From Byssovorax sp. (GTDB lineage: Bacteria > Myxococcota_A > Polyangia > Polyangiales > Polyangiaceae): a stretch of DNA of 27,272 nucleotides. The notes beneath the pieces were generated by a model. That model was given only the letters and a program-made list of their open reading frames with translations. It was not told the DNA's origin and searched no databases. Position 1 is the stretch's first letter. Every line of letters starts with the position of its first letter. The position numbers and the translations under genes were made by a program. The DNA lies in NCBI GenBank assembly GCA_036500365.1, contig DASYCF010000189.1:1-27272 (forward strand), given 5' to 3'. Below are positions 12,066-19,878 of the stretch, one piece after another.

Positions 12066-14080
12066 TCGTGGATGACGACCAGCGTGCCCTCGCCGTTGTC
12101 CTCGTTCGCGTTCACGCCGTGCCAGCCGTCGGGCATCGGCGGATCGGTCCAGAAGAACAGCCGGTGCGCGTCGACCGGGGCGAGGTTCACGCAGCCGTGG
12201 CTCCGCGGCGTGCCGAAGACGTCGTGCCAGTAAGCGGCGTGGAGCGCATAGCCGCTCTCGAAGTACTGGATCCACGGCACGTCGCGGAGGAGGAACGTGC
12301 CCTCGCCGCGGCGCTTGGTCACGCCGTACTCGCCGTCGCCCTTGCGGGGGACGGGCTTGCCGTGCTCGCTCGGCTCCTTGTCGGCTTTGTCGACCTTCGC
12401 CTTCGAGGCGCCCTTGCCGCCGGTCGACTTGCTCGACGCGACCTTCTCGGCCTTGTCGGCCTTCTTGCCCTTCGCGTGCTTCGTCGGCTTGTCATCGTCT
12501 TCGGCGCGCGCGACGGGCTCGCTCGCGGTCTTCGAATCGGCCTTGCCGCCGACGCTCGAGCGCTCGTTCGAGTCCATCGTCGCGGTGACGTGCTTGTTCC
12601 GGATGTGGAAGACGCCGCGCACGGTGGCCGTCGTCTTCTTCGGATCGTCGAGGCCGGCCGCGCCCGTCGACACGAGCGTCGCGTAGACGGCCTTCTGGCC
12701 CTCCCACATCACGAGCGTCTGGTTCGTGATCGAGATCTCGATCCACTTCTTGCCCTGCTTCGCCTCGTCGGGCCAGGTGGCGGGCGGCACGGCGAGGCCG
12801 ACGTCCTGCGAGCTCAGCCAGTGCTTGTCGGTCGTGCGGTAGTACTTCACGCCCTCGACCGTGCGCATCGTGCCGGTGAGCCCGACCGCGCTCCGGTACT
12901 CGACCGGGTCGCTCGCGACCACCTTGCCCTTGACGATCTTGTAGCTCGTCGCGCCTTGCGAGCGCACGAACGCGAGCGGCGCGTCGAGGCCCCTGCCGAG
13001 CTCGACCCCGTGAAACGGCGAGCCCTCGTCTGGCTTGATCTTGCTCGCGGGCGCGAGGCGCATGTCGGTCGTGATGGCGAAGCGACGATCGAAGCCGTCC
13101 TCCGACGACAGGAACGAGCCGACGAGCGACAGGCCCGCGTGGCGACGCGCGCGATCGGCGAACACCTCGAAGCCCTTCGTGCGGTAGTCGCTGACGTTCG
13201 GGATCGCGCGCTTGTGACCCTCGAGCCAGAACGGCATCGCGTCGGAGTCCCCCTCGCCGCCGAGCAGCGCGCCGAGCGACAGCTCCTCCGAGTTCTTCGC
13301 GAGGCCGAGCTCGCCGAGCTTCTTGTCGGGGATGGCGACGCCGCGCGCGTCGATCGCGACGTCGTTCGCGCCGAGCGCCACCTTCGACGCGGCGGCGCCG
13401 TTGTCCTTGAACCAGTCGAGGTGCTCCTTGAGCTTGAACTCGGCCTTGAGCTGCTCGGCCGCGGTGGGCACGCGCATGTAGAGCGGGAGGACGGCGCGCA
13501 CGAACGCGTACGAGTACGGGAGCGGCGCGGCGAGGTTCGGTCGCTTCTGCGCGGCCTTGAGCAGGGGCGCGTCGAGGTCGACGGTCGCGTCGTCGCCGGC
13601 GCACACGAAGCCGCGCGGCTCGATCTGGTACCAGCCGCCCTTGCAGCCCGCGTGGCCGACGGGCTCCGCGCTCCGCGGCACCTTCGTTCCGACGCGCAGG
13701 TAGCCGAGCTTCTTCGCGGTGTCGCGCGGCTCCTTGTACACGGTGGCGACGAACGCCGTGACGCCGAGGAGCGGCTTGTCGCTCGCGTACGACGGCGTGG
13801 TCGGCGGCCGCTGCGGGTCGGCGACGGGCTCCGCGACGGCGAGGGCGCCTGCGCTCGACATCGGCGAAGCGCTCGACGCGGCGCTCGCCGACGCGGCCGG
13901 GCTCGACGCGACGTGCGTGCCCGCGATGAACGCCGCCGTCGCGACGGCCACGGAGAGCGCGCCGCCCGCGATCACGGCGCGCGACCGCGGAGCCGCCGCG
14001 ATCACGGCCCGCAACCGCGGAGCCGTCGACGACAAGCGGCGCGCCGCTGCGCTCGCGAGGACACTGAACACCCGCGCCAT
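12062..14080 (-). CDS. L,D-transpeptidase (YkuD domain at C-terminus), membrane-anchored, myxobacterial type
   Basis: KWIEISITNQTLVMWEG...YATLVSTG; DVPWIQYF; catalytic ALHAAYWHDVFGTPRSHGCVNL (His and Cys); N-terminal TM segment and Ala/Ser linker. Confidence 0.9.
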   Translation of the reverse strand: MARVFSVLASAAARRLSSTAPRLRAVIAAAPRSRAVIAGGALSVAVATAAFIAGTHVASSPAASASAASSASPMSSAGALAVAEPVADPQRPPTTPSYASDKPLLGVTAFVATVYKEPRDTAKKLGYLRVGTKVPRSAEPVGHAGCKGGWYQIEPRGFVCAGDDATVDLDAPLLKAAQKRPNLAAPLPYSYAFVRAVLPLYMRVPTAAEQLKAEFKLKEHLDWFKDNGAAASKVALGANDVAIDARGVAIPDKKLGELGLAKNSEELSLGALLGGEGDSDAMPFWLEGHKRAIPNVSDYRTKGFEVFADRARRHAGLSLVGSFLSSEDGFDRRFAITTDMRLAPASKIKPDEGSPFHGVELGRGLDAPLAFVRSQGATSYKIVKGKVVASDPVEYRSAVGLTGTMRTVEGVKYYRTTDKHWLSSQDVGLAVPPATWPDEAKQGKKWIEISITNQTLVMWEGQKAVYATLVSTGAAGLDDPKKTTATVRGVFHIRNKHVTATMDSNERSSVGGKADSKTASEPVARAEDDDKPTKHAKGKKADKAEKVASSKSTGGKGASKAKVDKADKEPSEHGKPVPRKGDGEYGVTKRRGEGTFLLRDVPWIQYFESGYALHAAYWHDVFGTPRSHGCVNLAPVDAHRLFFWTDPPMPDGWHGVNANEDNGEGTLVVIHE
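13966..14025. repeat. 30-bp tandem duplication (2 copies, 28/30 identical) in the 5' end of the L,D-transpeptidase gene
   Basis: CCGCGATCACGGCGCGCGACCGCGGAGCCG followed by CCGCGATCACGGCCCGCAACCGCGGAGCCG; encodes APRLRAVIAA / APRSRAVIAG. Confidence 0.9.
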
Positions 14081-14129
14081 TCAGCGGCGTTTCATGCCGC
14101 AGCCGTCTCCGAGAAGCAACCGCCGCGCG

Positions 14130-15815
14130 TCACTCTCCGGGCGTCACGACGGGGCGATAGCGGAACGCGTCGGTCTGCGTGAGCGCGACGAGCAGCGAGC
14201 GAATCGAGTAGTTCGACGCCTTGAACGCGCCCTGGAGCTGCACGAGCGAGCACTCGTTCGGCGTCTCGCCGCGACCGTACGCGAAGCGGAACCACTGCGT
14301 CGCGACGCAGTTCTTCACGTCTTCGCTGCCGGCGAGCCGCTGCGCGAGCTGCACCGCGCCGACGAACGGGCCGTCGCAGTCGCCCGAGTCGTACACGTCG
14401 CCCGACGCGTCGACCGGGAGGCCTTGATCCGTGGTCCGATACGCGCCGACCGCGTCGTAGTTCTCGAACCCGAAGCCGATCGGATCCATCAGGTGGTGGC
14501 ACGTCGCGCACGACGAATCGGCCGAGTGCTCCGCGTAGAGCTCGCGCGTGCTGACGCCGGCCGTGACCTGGGGCGGCGTGATGATGAGGTTGTTCGGCGG
14601 CGGCGGCAGCGGCTGGCACAGCAGACGCTCGCGGACGAACTTGCCGCGGAGGATCGGGCTCGACGTGTCGGGCTTCGCGTTGATCGTCATGATGCTCGGC
14701 TGCGTCACGAAGCCGGCGCGCTCGGTCGGGTCGAGGTCGACCTTCACGAACGACTCGCCGGTCACGCCGCGCACGCCGTAGAAGCTCGCGAGCTCCTCGT
14801 CGACGAGCGAGTACGACGCGGTGAGCATCTCGGTCACGTCGCCCTGGCCCTGGAAGACGACGTAGTCGAGGAACGCCTGCGTCTCGCGCTTCATCAGCGG
14901 AATGAGCGCCGGCGTCCACCTCGGCGAGACGTACTCCGCGTCCTTCGTCACGGTGTCGATGTCGTCGAGGCCGAGCCACTGCGTGTGGAAGTTCTCGACG
15001 GCGTCGTGCGCGCGCGGGTCGTCGAGCATGCGCGTGGCCTGCGCGGCGATTTGATCGGCCGTCTCGAGCTCGCCAGCGGCCGCCGCGGCGAAGAGCGCGT
15101 CGTCTGGCGTCGAGTTCCAGAGCATGAACGAGAGGCGCGACGCCATCTCGTAGTCGTCGAGCTGCACGACGCCGGCCGACACCTCGGTCGTCGTGCCGAA
15201 CTCGACGCGGTAGAGGAAGTGCGGCGACTGGAGCACCGCCTCGATGACCAACTGGATCGCGGACTGGAAGCCGAACGTCGGCTTGGCCGTGGTGTAGAGG
15301 TTCGTGAGGCGCGTCGTCGTCGAGTCGTCGAGCGGGCGGCGGAACGCGCGGCCCCCGAAATCGGCGATGAACTGCGCGGCGCACGCGTCCTGGCCGGTGA
15401 CGGTCACGTCGCACTTGAGGAGCGTCGGCATGTCGCGCGTCGCCCGGATGGCGATGCTTTCGGCGGCGTCGAGGTACTGCTCGGCGAGGAGCTTCGAGAC
15501 GGCGAGCGACGTCGCCTGATCGTCGAAGCCGAGCGACTGCGCCTCGGGCACCATGTCGGCGGCGGGGTTCGACGTGTCGCCGAGGAGATCGCGGATCGTG
15601 TTGTCGTACTCGGTCCGCGTGAGCCTGCGCATCGGCGCGGCGCCCGGGTTGATCCCGCCGCCGCAGTCGGCCGTCTGCGGGACGTCGACCGGGTTCGGCG
15701 GATCGCCGAGGTCGCCCGAGGTGCATCCGGCGACGACGCCGCCAGCGAGCGCCACGAAGAGCGCGACGCCCATGCCGAGCGAGGTCCGACGGTGCCTCCA
15801 ACGCTGCAAGCGCAT
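14130..15815 (-). CDS. DUF1592-family lipoprotein (DUF1587-DUF1595-DUF1592-DUF1588-DUF1585-type architecture) with a CxxCH motif
   Basis: Lipobox VVAGC; MRRLTRTEYDNTIRDLLG; RAFRRPL; VLQSPHFLYRVE; YEMASRLSFMLWNSTPDDAL; SPILRGKFVRERLLC; SCATCHHLMDPIGFGFENYDAVG. ATG 15815 has a GGAG RBS. Confidence 0.88.
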   Translation of the reverse strand: MRLQRWRHRRTSLGMGVALFVALAGGVVAGCTSGDLGDPPNPVDVPQTADCGGGINPGAAPMRRLTRTEYDNTIRDLLGDTSNPAADMVPEAQSLGFDDQATSLAVSKLLAEQYLDAAESIAIRATRDMPTLLKCDVTVTGQDACAAQFIADFGGRAFRRPLDDSTTTRLTNLYTTAKPTFGFQSAIQLVIEAVLQSPHFLYRVEFGTTTEVSAGVVQLDDYEMASRLSFMLWNSTPDDALFAAAAAGELETADQIAAQATRMLDDPRAHDAVENFHTQWLGLDDIDTVTKDAEYVSPRWTPALIPLMKRETQAFLDYVVFQGQGDVTEMLTASYSLVDEELASFYGVRGVTGESFVKVDLDPTERAGFVTQPSIMTINAKPDTSSPILRGKFVRERLLCQPLPPPPNNLIITPPQVTAGVSTRELYAEHSADSSCATCHHLMDPIGFGFENYDAVGAYRTTDQGLPVDASGDVYDSGDCDGPFVGAVQLAQRLAGSEDVKNCVATQWFRFAYGRGETPNECSLVQLQGAFKASNYSIRSLLVALTQTDAFRYRPVVTPGE

Positions 15816-15980
15816 TTCGTAAGCTCCGCGCCAGGGCGCGCAGGCCCGAGCCCGCAAAGGCTACCGCCGCGCCGACCCACCGTCGACCCCGTTCGCCTGC
15901 GCTCGGCGTCGCGACGTGAAACCTCGCGTGTTCGACCGTCGCGCGCGAAAGCTGCGACCCGATGTACTAGGCTCCGCGGC

Positions 15981-16823
15981 GTGACTTACTCCGGCGCCGC
16001 TCGCCCAGCGGCCCTCGGCGCGATCGCGAGCGCGCTCGCCTTCGCCGCGGCCACCGCGTCGCTCGCCCGGCCCGCCGAAGCGGACGAGCCGGCGCGCGAG
16101 AAGAACGCGGTCGGCACCGAGCTCTTCGAGTTCGGCCTCGCGATGGCCGCCGGGGGACGACGCTTCACGTACTCGGATCCGGTTTCGGCGAACATCCGCG
16201 ACTACAGCGTGTTCGGCGCGGTGATGCCCGAGCTCCACCTCGCGTTCTACCCTGCCGCGGACACCGGGATCACGTTCGCGCGCGACGTCGGCTTCGAGCT
16301 CACGGCGACGAGCGCGTTCGGCCTGTCGTCGCAGTCGAGCGACGGAACCAGCGTCGGCAGCTCGTACGATCGCCTCGACGCGATGGTGCGCGCGCGGTTC
16401 TTTCCGGCGGGCCGGACCGGCACGTCGCTCGGCCTCGCGGGCGGCGCGTCGCTGCTGCGGTTCTCGTACGACGCGAGCGGCTCGCTGGCCGACCAGGTGC
16501 CGGGCGCCGCGTACGAATCGCTCCGCCTCGCCGGCGACGCGCGAGCGCCGATCGGCCGCGGCGCGCTGACGATCGCGATCGCGTACGACGCGCCGCTCAC
16601 GGCGGGCGACGTATACGACCGCTTCACCGGCTCGACCGTAGGTGGGATCGACGTGCGCCTCGGCGCGTCGTTCCTCGTCGGCGCGGGCGTCGAGGTGCGC
16701 GCGGCCGCGTCGTACACGCGCTTCTTCTATGCGTTCGCGCCCGTCCCCGGTGACACCTACGTGGCGGGCGGCGCCCTCGACGAGTTCTTCGGCCTGTCGC
16801 TCGGAGCTGCGTATGCGTACTGA
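15981..16823 (+). CDS. Putative outer-membrane beta-barrel protein (about 10 strands), unknown function
   Basis: Sec-type signal peptide ending AEA; about 10 alternating amphipathic strands (ELFEFGLAMAAG, VGFELTATSAFG, GVEVRAAASYTRFFY); C-terminal aromatic beta-signal GLSLGAAYAY. This is the tail of track ORF 13719..16823; the GTG 15981 start is inferred. Confidence 0.7.
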   Translation: MTYSGAARPAALGAIASALAFAAATASLARPAEADEPAREKNAVGTELFEFGLAMAAGGRRFTYSDPVSANIRDYSVFGAVMPELHLAFYPAADTGITFARDVGFELTATSAFGLSSQSSDGTSVGSSYDRLDAMVRARFFPAGRTGTSLGLAGGASLLRFSYDASGSLADQVPGAAYESLRLAGDARAPIGRGALTIAIAYDAPLTAGDVYDRFTGSTVGGIDVRLGASFLVGAGVEVRAAASYTRFFYAFAPVPGDTYVAGGALDEFFGLSLGAAYAY

Positions 16824-17541
16824 TCCGGCGCGCTCGAGCCTCCGCCTGCGCGCCGTCGCGGCGGCGCTCGCGGCCCTCGGCGCAGGCGCGTCGCTCGCGG
16901 GCTGCCCCGGCACGCTCGACGACAAAGGCGCGTTCCTGCACCCGGACGGGAGCGACTGCCCCGACGTGCCGTCGACGATCTTCATCCCGAACTGCGCGAC
17001 CGCCCCGGGGTGCCACTCCGCCGCCGATCGCATGCAGGGCCTCGACCTCGCGTCGCCGAACGTGGCCGCGCGCGTCGTCAACCAGCCCGCGAAGGAGTGC
17101 GTGCCCGGCATCCTCGCCGACCCCGCGAACCCGTCGCAGAGCATCCTCTATTTGAAGCTGTTCCAGCCGGCGCCGTGCGGCTCGCAGATGCCCCTCGGCG
17201 CCGACCCGCTGAGCGACACGCAGATCGCGTGCGTCGAGACGTGGATCCAGGATCAAGGCGCGGGCGGCAGCGGCGTCGGCGGATCGGGCGGAGCCGGCGG
17301 CGCGACGGGGGTGGGCGGCGCGGCGCAGTCCGGATCAGGCGGCGCGGGCGGCGCAGGCGGGACCGCAGCGGGCGGCGGCGGCGCAGGTGGTCTCGGAGGC
17401 ACTGCGCCGACCGGAGGTGGCGGCTCCGCGAGCAGCGGCGCCGCGAGCGCGTCGGGCGGCGCCGGTCTCGGCGGCGCGAGCGCGACCGGCACATCGGGTG
17501 GCGCAGGTCGCGGTGGCGCGGGCGGCGGCGGCGGCGCGTGA
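16813..17541 (+). CDS. Lipoprotein with atypical CX5CH cytochrome-c-like domain and Gly/Ala/Ser-rich tail
   Basis: Canonical lipobox SLAGC; CATAPGCH (16993-17016); distal GSQMPLG; WI at domain end; about 94-aa Gly-rich tail. ATG 16813 has a GGAG RBS and overlaps the beta-barrel gene by 11 nt. Confidence 0.7.
   Translation: MRTDPARSSLRLRAVAAALAALGAGASLAGCPGTLDDKGAFLHPDGSDCPDVPSTIFIPNCATAPGCHSAADRMQGLDLASPNVAARVVNQPAKECVPGILADPANPSQSILYLKLFQPAPCGSQMPLGADPLSDTQIACVETWIQDQGAGGSGVGGSGGAGGATGVGGAAQSGSGGAGGAGGTAAGGGGAGGLGGTAPTGGGGSASSGAASASGGAGLGGASATGTSGGAGRGGAGGGGGA
17257..17538 (+). repeat. Low-complexity Gly/Ala/Ser/Thr (GGC-rich) coding repeat
   Basis: GAGGSGVGGSGGAGGATGVGG...GGGGGA running to the stop codon. 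Confidence 0.9.
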
Positions 17542-17542
17542 C

Positions 17543-17558
17543 GCCGGGGCGCCCCGGC
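17543..17558. terminator. Perfect 16-bp palindrome GCCGGGGCGCCCCGGC just after a stop codon; possible terminator or RNA stabiliser without a U-tract
   Basis: Self-complementary; starts 1 nt after the TGA ending at 17541; no poly-T. Confidence 0.35.
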
Positions 17559-17573
17559 TGAAGGCTCGCGCCG

Positions 17574-19868
17574 ATGCGACTCCGGCTGCGATCGTTCGCG
17601 CTCGCGGCGCTGCCCGTCCTCTACGTCGCCGCGGTCTCCGTGCAGCAGACGGGCGGCAGCGCGCTCGCGTTCGCCATGCTCGGAGGCCTCCCGCTCGCGC
17701 TCCTCTTCGCCTGGTCGCGCACGGCGCCGCCGGTGCGAGGCGTCGATCGAACCGACGGGGTCGCGCGAACCGGGGCGCGCGTCGCGTTCACGGGCGCGGC
17801 GCTGGTCTGCGCCGCGCGGACGGGCACCGGCGGCGCAGGGTTCCTCGCCGCAGAGAACCTCGGCGCCGCGCTCGCGGCGACCGGCGGCCTCGTCGCGTTC
17901 TCGCGTGTGCAGGGACCGGGCGGCCTGGTCGACGCGTCGCCGCGGCCACGGAGGCTCGACGCCGCCGCGTTCGGCTCGCTGCTCTGGGCGGTCGCGATCG
18001 CGCTGCCTGCGGCGCAGATCGCGGCGCCGGACCGCGCGCAGGGGCTCGACCCGCGCTGGCTCGACTACGGCGTCGTCGCGGCGTCGCTCGCGTCGCTCGG
18101 CGTGATGCTCGCCTCGACCGCGCTCGTGCTCGTGCAGAAGCGCCTCGAGCTCGGCGCCGCCGACCGCGCCGGCGCTGCGTTCTCGCTCGCGCTGACGGCG
18201 CTGCTCGTCGGCGTGCTCGCGGCGGTGACGGGCGTGGCGCCGGCCGAGCGCCTGCTCCCGCTCGCGTGCGCGTGCGCCGGCGTCGCGCTGGCGGCGAGCG
18301 CGGTCGCGCGGGAGGCCGACGCGCTCGCACAGGCGAACCGCGTCACGCTCGCCGCCGCCGCGCTCGTCGCGCCGCTCGCCCTCTTCGCGGGGTACGTCGC
18401 GCGCGTGGCGCCGAAGCGGAGCGCGGCCACGGTCGCCGTCGCCGTCGCCGCGGCGTCGCTTGCGGGGATGATCGCGCCGATCCTCGGACGGCGCCTCTTC
18501 GCGCCGGCCGCGGGGCGGTGGCTCTCCGCGCTCGACGCCGCGACGCGCGCCGCGATGACGCCCGATCCCGAGGCCGCGCTCGAGGCTGCGCTGCTCGCGC
18601 TGCGCGCCGCCGCGGGCCAGCGCGGCAAGGACCCGGCGCTCTATTTCGTGGGCGTCCCCGAGGTCGTCACCGTCGACCGGGCCGGGTACGCGCGGCGGGA
18701 GCGCGCGGAGCCGCCGCCGCGCCTCGTCGAGCTGGCGGCCGAGGAGCCCGAGGGCGTGCTGCGGCTCGAGGTGCTGCGCGCGGTGCTCGTGCGCAGGCCC
18801 GACGTGCGCCCGCTCGAGGCGTGGCTCGATCAGCGCGGCTTCTCGGCGCTCGCGCTCGTTCGCGACGACGCGGGGCCGATCGGACTGCTCGCCATCCCGG
18901 CTGGCTCACGTCGCCGCGCGTGGACGCTCGAGGAGGCGCGCGCGCTGCGCCGGCTCGCGGATCGTCTCGGCGCGGTGATCGGCGCGTCGGCGCTCCTCGC
19001 GAGGTCGCGCGCGCGTGAGCTCGAGGTGCGCGGCGAGCTGGCGAACGCGCGGACCCAGATCACGGAGCACGCCGCGGCGCGCGCCCGCGACGCGACACGC
19101 CACCGCGCCGCCGCCGAGGCGCTCGCGCGGCGAGCGCGCCTCGCGTCGTACAGCCCCGCCGCACGCGCGGCGCGCGAGGCCATCGAGCGGCTCGCCGAGC
19201 GCGGCCGACCGATCGCGCTGTTGTCCGCGCCCGGCATCGACGCGTCGACGTGGGCAGCGGCGGCGCACCTCGCGTCGGCGCGCCGCGACGGTCCGCTGGT
19301 CGTCGTCGCGGGGACCCGCGTCGCGGAGCACGGCCTCGATCGATGGCGCGACCCCGCCGCGTCGCCGCTCGCGGCCGCGGAGACGGGCACGCTCGTGCTC
19401 CTCGACGCGCAGGCGCTCCCGCTCGACGTGCAGCGCTACGTCGCGGCGTCGCTGGGGGACTCGACCGGCCTCGTCGTCTCGCTCCGCGCGACGGTCGACG
19501 CGCTCGTCGCCGCCGACGCGCTCGGCGAAGAGCTCGCGGATCGGCTCGGCGATCGCGCCGTCGCGCTGCCGCCGCTCGCCGCCCGCGCCGAGGACCTGCG
19601 CGCGCTCACGCTCGAGATCCTGGCCGAGCTCTCGATCACGCTCGGCGCGCGGGCCGTCGGCCTCGACGCGATGGCCCTCGCGGTCCTGCTCGAGCACGAG
19701 TTCCCGGGCAACGACGCCGAGCTCGCGGCGGTGCTCGTCCGCGCCGCGCTCGCAGCGCGAGGGGACGCGATCACCCGGGCCGACCTCGAGCGCGCAGGGT
19801 TCACGGCGGCGGCCGAGCTGTCTCCACACCCGCGGCGCGCGTCGAGCAGGCCCCCGCGCGCGCGCTGA
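17574..19868 (+). CDS. Polytopic membrane protein with a GAF-like middle region and a degenerate sigma54-activator-type AAA+ domain, no HTH
   Basis: First 310 or so aa contain about 9-10 hydrophobic helices. The C-terminal part is collinear with enhancer-binding AAA+ domains: YSPAARAAREAIERLA, GPLVVV, GTLVLLDA, ELADRL, LPPLAARAEDL, EFPGNDAEL. Confidence 0.7.
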   Translation: MRLRLRSFALAALPVLYVAAVSVQQTGGSALAFAMLGGLPLALLFAWSRTAPPVRGVDRTDGVARTGARVAFTGAALVCAARTGTGGAGFLAAENLGAALAATGGLVAFSRVQGPGGLVDASPRPRRLDAAAFGSLLWAVAIALPAAQIAAPDRAQGLDPRWLDYGVVAASLASLGVMLASTALVLVQKRLELGAADRAGAAFSLALTALLVGVLAAVTGVAPAERLLPLACACAGVALAASAVAREADALAQANRVTLAAAALVAPLALFAGYVARVAPKRSAATVAVAVAAASLAGMIAPILGRRLFAPAAGRWLSALDAATRAAMTPDPEAALEAALLALRAAAGQRGKDPALYFVGVPEVVTVDRAGYARRERAEPPPRLVELAAEEPEGVLRLEVLRAVLVRRPDVRPLEAWLDQRGFSALALVRDDAGPIGLLAIPAGSRRRAWTLEEARALRRLADRLGAVIGASALLARSRARELEVRGELANARTQITEHAAARARDATRHRAAAEALARRARLASYSPAARAAREAIERLAERGRPIALLSAPGIDASTWAAAAHLASARRDGPLVVVAGTRVAEHGLDRWRDPAASPLAAAETGTLVLLDAQALPLDVQRYVAASLGDSTGLVVSLRATVDALVAADALGEELADRLGDRAVALPPLAARAEDLRALTLEILAELSITLGARAVGLDAMALAVLLEHEFPGNDAELAAVLVRAALAARGDAITRADLERAGFTAAAELSPHPRRASSRPPRAR

Positions 19869-19878
19869 CGAGGTCGGC

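Noticed and set aside
9042-12233. 1063-aa plus-strand ORF (also 8635..10848 minus, 12068..14182 plus and similar)
   Set aside because: Shadow frames over glgP and the L,D-transpeptidase; Arg/Ala-rich with no domain signatures.
14111-14130. GGCGGTTGCT (minus strand) identical to part of the macA promoter, upstream of the Ldt gene
   Set aside because: There is no GG at the -24 position, so it is not a valid sigma54 site.
13719-15980. N-terminal 754 aa of the 1034-aa plus-strand ORF
   Set aside because: Antisense of the DUF1592 and Ldt genes. Only 15981-16823 has a signal peptide and barrel character.
17257-17538. Repetitive GGC-rich tract considered as a CRISPR array or satellite
   Set aside because: No constant repeat with unique spacers; it is in-frame Gly-rich coding sequence.
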